Below are positions 60,236 to 64,000 of a stretch of 64,000 nt of DNA, piece by piece. Below the pieces are notes generated by a model. The model saw only the letters and a program-made list of their open reading frames with translations, was not told where the DNA came from and did no database searches. Source of the stretch: an uncultured virus (IMG/VR IMGVR_UViG_3300027848_000016). Lineage: Duplodnaviria > Heunggongvirae > Uroviricota > Caudoviricetes. The translations under genes and the position numbers were made by a program. Location of the stretch: the IMG/VR virus record IMGVR_UViG_3300027848_000016. The stretch is one strand, 5' to 3'. The stretch's first letter is position 1, and the number at the start of each line of letters is the position of its first letter.

Positions 60236-61411
60236 TTACTGGAATGATACGTTGCCGTTTGTGATAGCAACTTTAGCTAGGTAGTCAGCAGCATTGCCTA
60301 AAGACGATGCTGTGTTGTTTAGCTCAACATATCCGTAACGTGTCATAAACGATACGACTGGTTCGAATGTTGCTGGGTCTAGTACAACACCTGAGCTCAT
60401 TAGCGGGATGTATGGGCAATAGAATGCCGCTGCATCTGATTCGCTTGAACCTTTGTAACCGATTAGAACTGCTGCGCTATCTGCTGAATATGTGTTAACA
60501 TAAACTTTCATAGCATTATTCAATGTACCAACCATCTTAGTGTTAGTTGGAGATTCGAATGTTCCTTCAGTTGTACGTGCAAACGCTGAAGTAGTTGCAG
60601 ATTGTAGGATTGTTAACGCGAATGGCGAAACAACGGCCCAGTTACCTGCGCCACGACGTGTGCGTTGAGCAATTTTGTTTGACTCGCGGTTAATTAAAAC
60701 AGCAAGAGCAGCATGCTCGTCACCAACGAAAGTAGCAGTACCACTTACAGTTGCTTGGTCGTATGTTGAACCAGCTGTACCAGCAAGCGAAACTAGCGAA
60801 GCTAGTACTTCTTGGTCAATCTCAGCAGTAATCTCTTGTGCAAGAGCTGCCATGATTTCTGCTTCAACATCAATACCGTGCATTGACTGTGCGTCTTGTG
60901 CTGATTCAAAAGTCCAGCGAGCTGATAGCTTGCGTGATTTTGCTTCAACAGTTTGCTTCAAGATCTGGATGCTTAGTTTATTACCAGCAGCACCTTCAAG
61001 AGCGGCAGTTGAAGCTGCTTTACCTGATGTTGTGTTGCCTGAATATGCTTCAGCAATCTTGAATGGGCTTAGTGCCTCTTCACCAGCTACTGCGCCACTT
61101 GCGCCTGTACCTGCCGTGTCGCTATAGCGAACACGTAGTGTGTGGATTTGTCCCACTGGGCCTGTCATAGGCTGAACACCAACTAGATCGTTAGCGATAA
61201 CGGTTGGCATTACACGTCTAATAACGGGTAAAATAACACGGTTAAGTGTTGCGACATTGCCTGCAGATGTTGCACCAGCTGTAGCACTCTCTGAAAGATA
61301 CCTACGGGTATTTTCCAAAGTAGTTGCCATTACAGCCTTCTTGGTACCTGTTAGGCCCTCAAGAAGTGCATTTTTTGTATCTGACCAGCGGCTTTCTAGT
61401 AGTTCCGACAT
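60236..61411 (-). CDS. Major capsid protein (T4 gp23-like)
   Basis: LPVIRRVMP, VGVQPMTGPVGQI, VEAKSRKLSARWT.E.AQD...HG.D.E.E, EI..EID.E, YCPYIPL, FMTRYG. Confidence 0.95.
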   Translation of the reverse strand: MSELLESRWSDTKNALLEGLTGTKKAVMATTLENTRRYLSESATAGATSAGNVATLNRVILPVIRRVMPTVIANDLVGVQPMTGPVGQIHTLRVRYSDTAGTGASGAVAGEEALSPFKIAEAYSGNTTSGKAASTAALEGAAGNKLSIQILKQTVEAKSRKLSARWTFESAQDAQSMHGIDVEAEIMAALAQEITAEIDQEVLASLVSLAGTAGSTYDQATVSGTATFVGDEHAALAVLINRESNKIAQRTRRGAGNWAVVSPFALTILQSATTSAFARTTEGTFESPTNTKMVGTLNNAMKVYVNTYSADSAAVLIGYKGSSESDAAAFYCPYIPLMSSGVVLDPATFEPVVSFMTRYGYVELNNTASSLGNAADYLAKVAITNGNVSFQ

Positions 61412-61421
61412 AGTTTTCTCC

Positions 61422-62516
61422 TTATTTTAAACCAGCTAAACGACGAATGTCAACGACATTATCATCTTGCATTGAACTAACGTTAGTGTGCGATTTCTCG
61501 CGGTTGCCTGTAATTTCTTTTGCCTCTGATAAGACTGCCTTCTTTGCCGGAGTATGTCCATCGATAACCGATGGTAGGTACTTATCAAAAGACTTTTGTA
61601 GTCTATCGGTTTGTACTGATTCCAGTAAATCTGTCATGATTTCTCTTTGACCTTTATTCAAGGGCGATAAGAGTTCACTAAGTCTGTTTTTGCGCTCGGC
61701 AATAGATGCCATGCGTTTAATTTCTTGGTCTTTAGATTCAGCTAATACTTTTGCTTTAACAGCAAATGCTTTTGCTTCAACTAATTGTTTGTCTTTCAAC
61801 GCAACAACTTGCATTAATTTTGCAGTTTCTGAATTTTCGTTCAGATGACTTGTTGCGTACTCTGAAGCAAATGCTTCAAATAACTTACGACCAAAATCGT
61901 TTCTACGTGCTTCTTCAATATCTTCTTTAAGTTGTGTCATCTCTTTAGTAAGAGTTGATTCAACAATAGCAGATACCTTAGCAGCGCCTTTTGCAATAAA
62001 GTTATTTTTAACTTCTGCAAATTTGTTTTTAGCTTCTTTAATAAGTTTGACCTTAGTTTCAGCTAAATCTTTCTTGTCTTCGTGGAATTCTGCAATTTCT
62101 TTTGCAAGTGCATCAACGATAAAGTTCTCAAGCATACCAAACTTTTTGGCAATTGCTTTTTGATCTTCATGCAGCTCAGTAACTTCTTTTGCTAGCGACT
62201 CAGCAACAAAGCGTTTCATTAGGTCTGCGTTTTCACGCATTGCTACTGCATACTTTGCTTTTGCTTCAGCTAGTTGTTTGCGATCTTCTGCAAACTCTGA
62301 AATTTCTTCTGCAAGGCGTTCTGAAATCATAGAGTCGATTGCGTCAACCATAGTTGACTTGTCGTGCTCGTATTTCTTTGCAAATTCTTCACGTAACTCA
62401 GCAGTTGCCTGCATCTTGTTTTCTTGAATCTTTGCATTCCATGCGCCTTCGATATCTGCACGTACTTCCTCAGAAACTACATCGTTTTCGAAAAGTGTTT
62501 TAAGTGCTTCCAACAT
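61422..62516 (-). CDS. Prohead core scaffold protein (T4 gp22-like)
   Basis: Coiled-coil, E/K-rich, GRKLFEAF; lies between protease and capsid genes. Confidence 0.8.
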   Translation of the reverse strand: MLEALKTLFENDVVSEEVRADIEGAWNAKIQENKMQATAELREEFAKKYEHDKSTMVDAIDSMISERLAEEISEFAEDRKQLAEAKAKYAVAMRENADLMKRFVAESLAKEVTELHEDQKAIAKKFGMLENFIVDALAKEIAEFHEDKKDLAETKVKLIKEAKNKFAEVKNNFIAKGAAKVSAIVESTLTKEMTQLKEDIEEARRNDFGRKLFEAFASEYATSHLNENSETAKLMQVVALKDKQLVEAKAFAVKAKVLAESKDQEIKRMASIAERKNRLSELLSPLNKGQREIMTDLLESVQTDRLQKSFDKYLPSVIDGHTPAKKAVLSEAKEITGNREKSHTNVSSMQDDNVVDIRRLAGLK

Positions 62517-62530
62517 ATTTTGTTCTCCTT

Positions 62531-63154
62531 TTATTGGAGTCGACTGATTATATTAATCAGCGATTCTTTTAAGTACTTCTGTGCCTTGGTGTCGTGTTTT
62601 GTTGCCTGTGCCAGTTCATACGCCTTCATTCCTCCACGAGCGTTCATAAGATGCTCATAGATTGCAGTAGGATATGCTCCAGGGGCGCTAGGCTGTGCCA
62701 CAACGTCCACTGTTATAATTTCAAAGTCGCTAACGTTGCCGCTACCGTCTTCACTAACATTACCTGAACCTCTTGATGAGACTCCTAGTTTAACTCCGCT
62801 TTCCAGCATTGTTTTAACTAGGTTACCCATAGGTGTTGGTAGTATCTTTAATTTCCCATAACCGTTTGGGCCATCCATCCAGCATTCGCTGATCATATGG
62901 CTTACGCGATCTAGGTTAATATTAAGTCCTTCTGGATGATCAACTTCTCCGAGCACACTGTATCCACCCTCGATTTGTTCGCTGAGAGTTTTGACAGCCC
63001 TGCCAATTTCATTTACAGGATACACACGCTGGTTAGCGTTGCGTACTCCGCCTTGTATCATGATTCCTTTCATGAACAAGTCTTTTCCTTCGTTAGCAGA
63101 CTCAACGATTATCTTCGCTTGGTCGAAACTTAGGTGTTCTCGTAAGTTTTTCAT
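62531..63154 (-). CDS. Prohead protease (T4 gp21-like)
   Basis: N.N.RVYP, GEVDHP, DRVSH, TPMG, GVSSRGSG, DVVAQPSAPGA. Confidence 0.95.
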   Translation of the reverse strand: MKNLREHLSFDQAKIIVESANEGKDLFMKGIMIQGGVRNANQRVYPVNEIGRAVKTLSEQIEGGYSVLGEVDHPEGLNINLDRVSHMISECWMDGPNGYGKLKILPTPMGNLVKTMLESGVKLGVSSRGSGNVSEDGSGNVSDFEIITVDVVAQPSAPGAYPTAIYEHLMNARGGMKAYELAQATKHDTKAQKYLKESLINIISRLQ

Positions 63155-63168
63155 CTAGATTTCCCTAC

Positions 63169-64000
63169 TTACTTGCCGATAGTACTTTTGGTATTAGCAG
63201 CAGTCTCTGGCTTGCCCTTTTTCTCAGCGCCGTGACCAGGTTGGCTTGACATTTTTGTCGCGCCATTTGCACCAACAACGTTTACGTTCTTGGTATTCAT
63301 TGCTTGTGGTTTGTTACTTGCTAAACCACCAGCTGTTCCTTTAGTATCTGCTGTTCCGCCTTTTGCGATATTAGCAGTTGTTCCGCCCATGTTGTTTGGC
63401 TTAGCTAGAGTTGACGTTGTGTTTACACCGTTGTCGCCCATTGTAGCACTTACTTTTTCAACATACTCGCGCATTTGCTCGCCTGCTGATTTAGCTACTT
63501 TTGATTCTAGTGGGGTAATTGTTGCTTGGAATGACTCTTCTTCTGGCTCTTCGTCGTCCATGTCGTCATCGGCTTCTTCGTCGTCCATATCCATTTCGTC
63601 GTCGTCCATTTCTGGTTCGCCTTCTTCACCGGACATCATTTTTTCAAATTCTGCTTTTAGTTCTTCTAAAGCATCTTCTAAATCATTGATACGCTCGTCA
63701 GTACCTTCTTCACCATCGTCACTGTCGTCATCGGAGCTCATTTTCATATCGCCCATCATGTCGTCAGTTTTGTCGCCGCCCATCATGTCTGCCATTGGGT
63801 CTGCTTCAACTTCAAATTCGTCTAGGTTAAAGTCTTCGTCTAGTTCTTCGTCATCTTCTGACTCATCAACTTCTTCGTCGTCTGACTCATCAACTTCTTC
63901 ATCAGTTGTTTCATCAACTTCTTCGTCATCTTCATCTTCTAGATCTGATTCTAGTAGTGATTCATAAATGTCACGTGATTTTTCAACTACAATCTCGTGG
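63169..64000 (-). CDS. Acidic prohead core protein (gp67/gp68-position), 5' end outside window
   Basis: The frame of the 63169-63795 ORF stays open to the window edge (HEIVVEKSRDIYESLLESDLEDEDDEEVDE...); extreme D/E content; directly upstream of the protease gene. Confidence 0.7.
   Translation of the reverse strand, partial: HEIVVEKSRDIYESLLESDLEDEDDEEVDETTDEEVDESDDEEVDESEDDEELDEDFNLDEFEVEADPMADMMGGDKTDDMMGDMKMSSDDDSDDGEEGTDERINDLEDALEELKAEFEKMMSGEEGEPEMDDDEMDMDDEEADDDMDDEEPEEESFQATITPLESKVAKSAGEQMREYVEKVSATMGDNGVNTTSTLAKPNNMGGTTANIAKGGTADTKGTAGGLASNKPQAMNTKNVNVVGANGATKMSSQPGHGAEKKGKPETAANTKSTIGK

Noticed and set aside
36050..62516. Introns or inteins in capsid or giant genes
   Set aside because: Frames are continuous and no intein splice motifs or LAGLIDADG blocks were recognised
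63290..63967. 225 aa Ser-rich plus-strand ORF
   Set aside because: Antisense shadow of the Asp/Glu-rich prohead core gene

Overview
This is 64 kb of the virion-morphogenesis region of a large T4-like myophage, read with the standard genetic code; no host genes, tRNA, rRNA or CRISPR array were seen. From the right end on the minus strand it encodes an acidic prohead core protein, prohead protease (gp21), scaffold (gp22) and major capsid protein (gp23). A ~28 kb block of fibre and appendage genes follows: two ~1100 aa paralogs, two giant 2014 and 2556 aa paralogs, three ~110 aa adaptor-like paralogs, an S74-chaperone fibre and three Gly-rich adhesin-like paralogs. Next is a ~14 kb tailoring-enzyme island with 4 flavin-dependent (Trp-halogenase family) halogenases, about 10 2OG-Fe(II) oxygenases and a SAM methyltransferase. 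Left of the island lie a tail-assembly chaperone, phage GroES/GroEL and a cupredoxin-tipped protein, then the neck/tail core (gp15, gp14, gp13, dNMP kinase, sheath gp18, tube gp19, gp4 nuclease, small terminase). The most notable observations are: (i) the halogenase/oxygenase island carries late-type TAAATA promoters and abuts the Gly-rich fibres, suggesting a virion-protein tailoring system; (ii) phycobiliprotein-like C-x-R-D helical repeats sit inside the 2556 aa virion protein; (iii) an annexin-repeat plus peptidoglycan-binding protein runs off the left edge and is missing from the ORF track; (iv) two long structured late 5' leaders; (v) an oxygenase gene split at an A-AAA-AAT slippery site. 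All family calls come from motif recognition by eye; no database searches were run.
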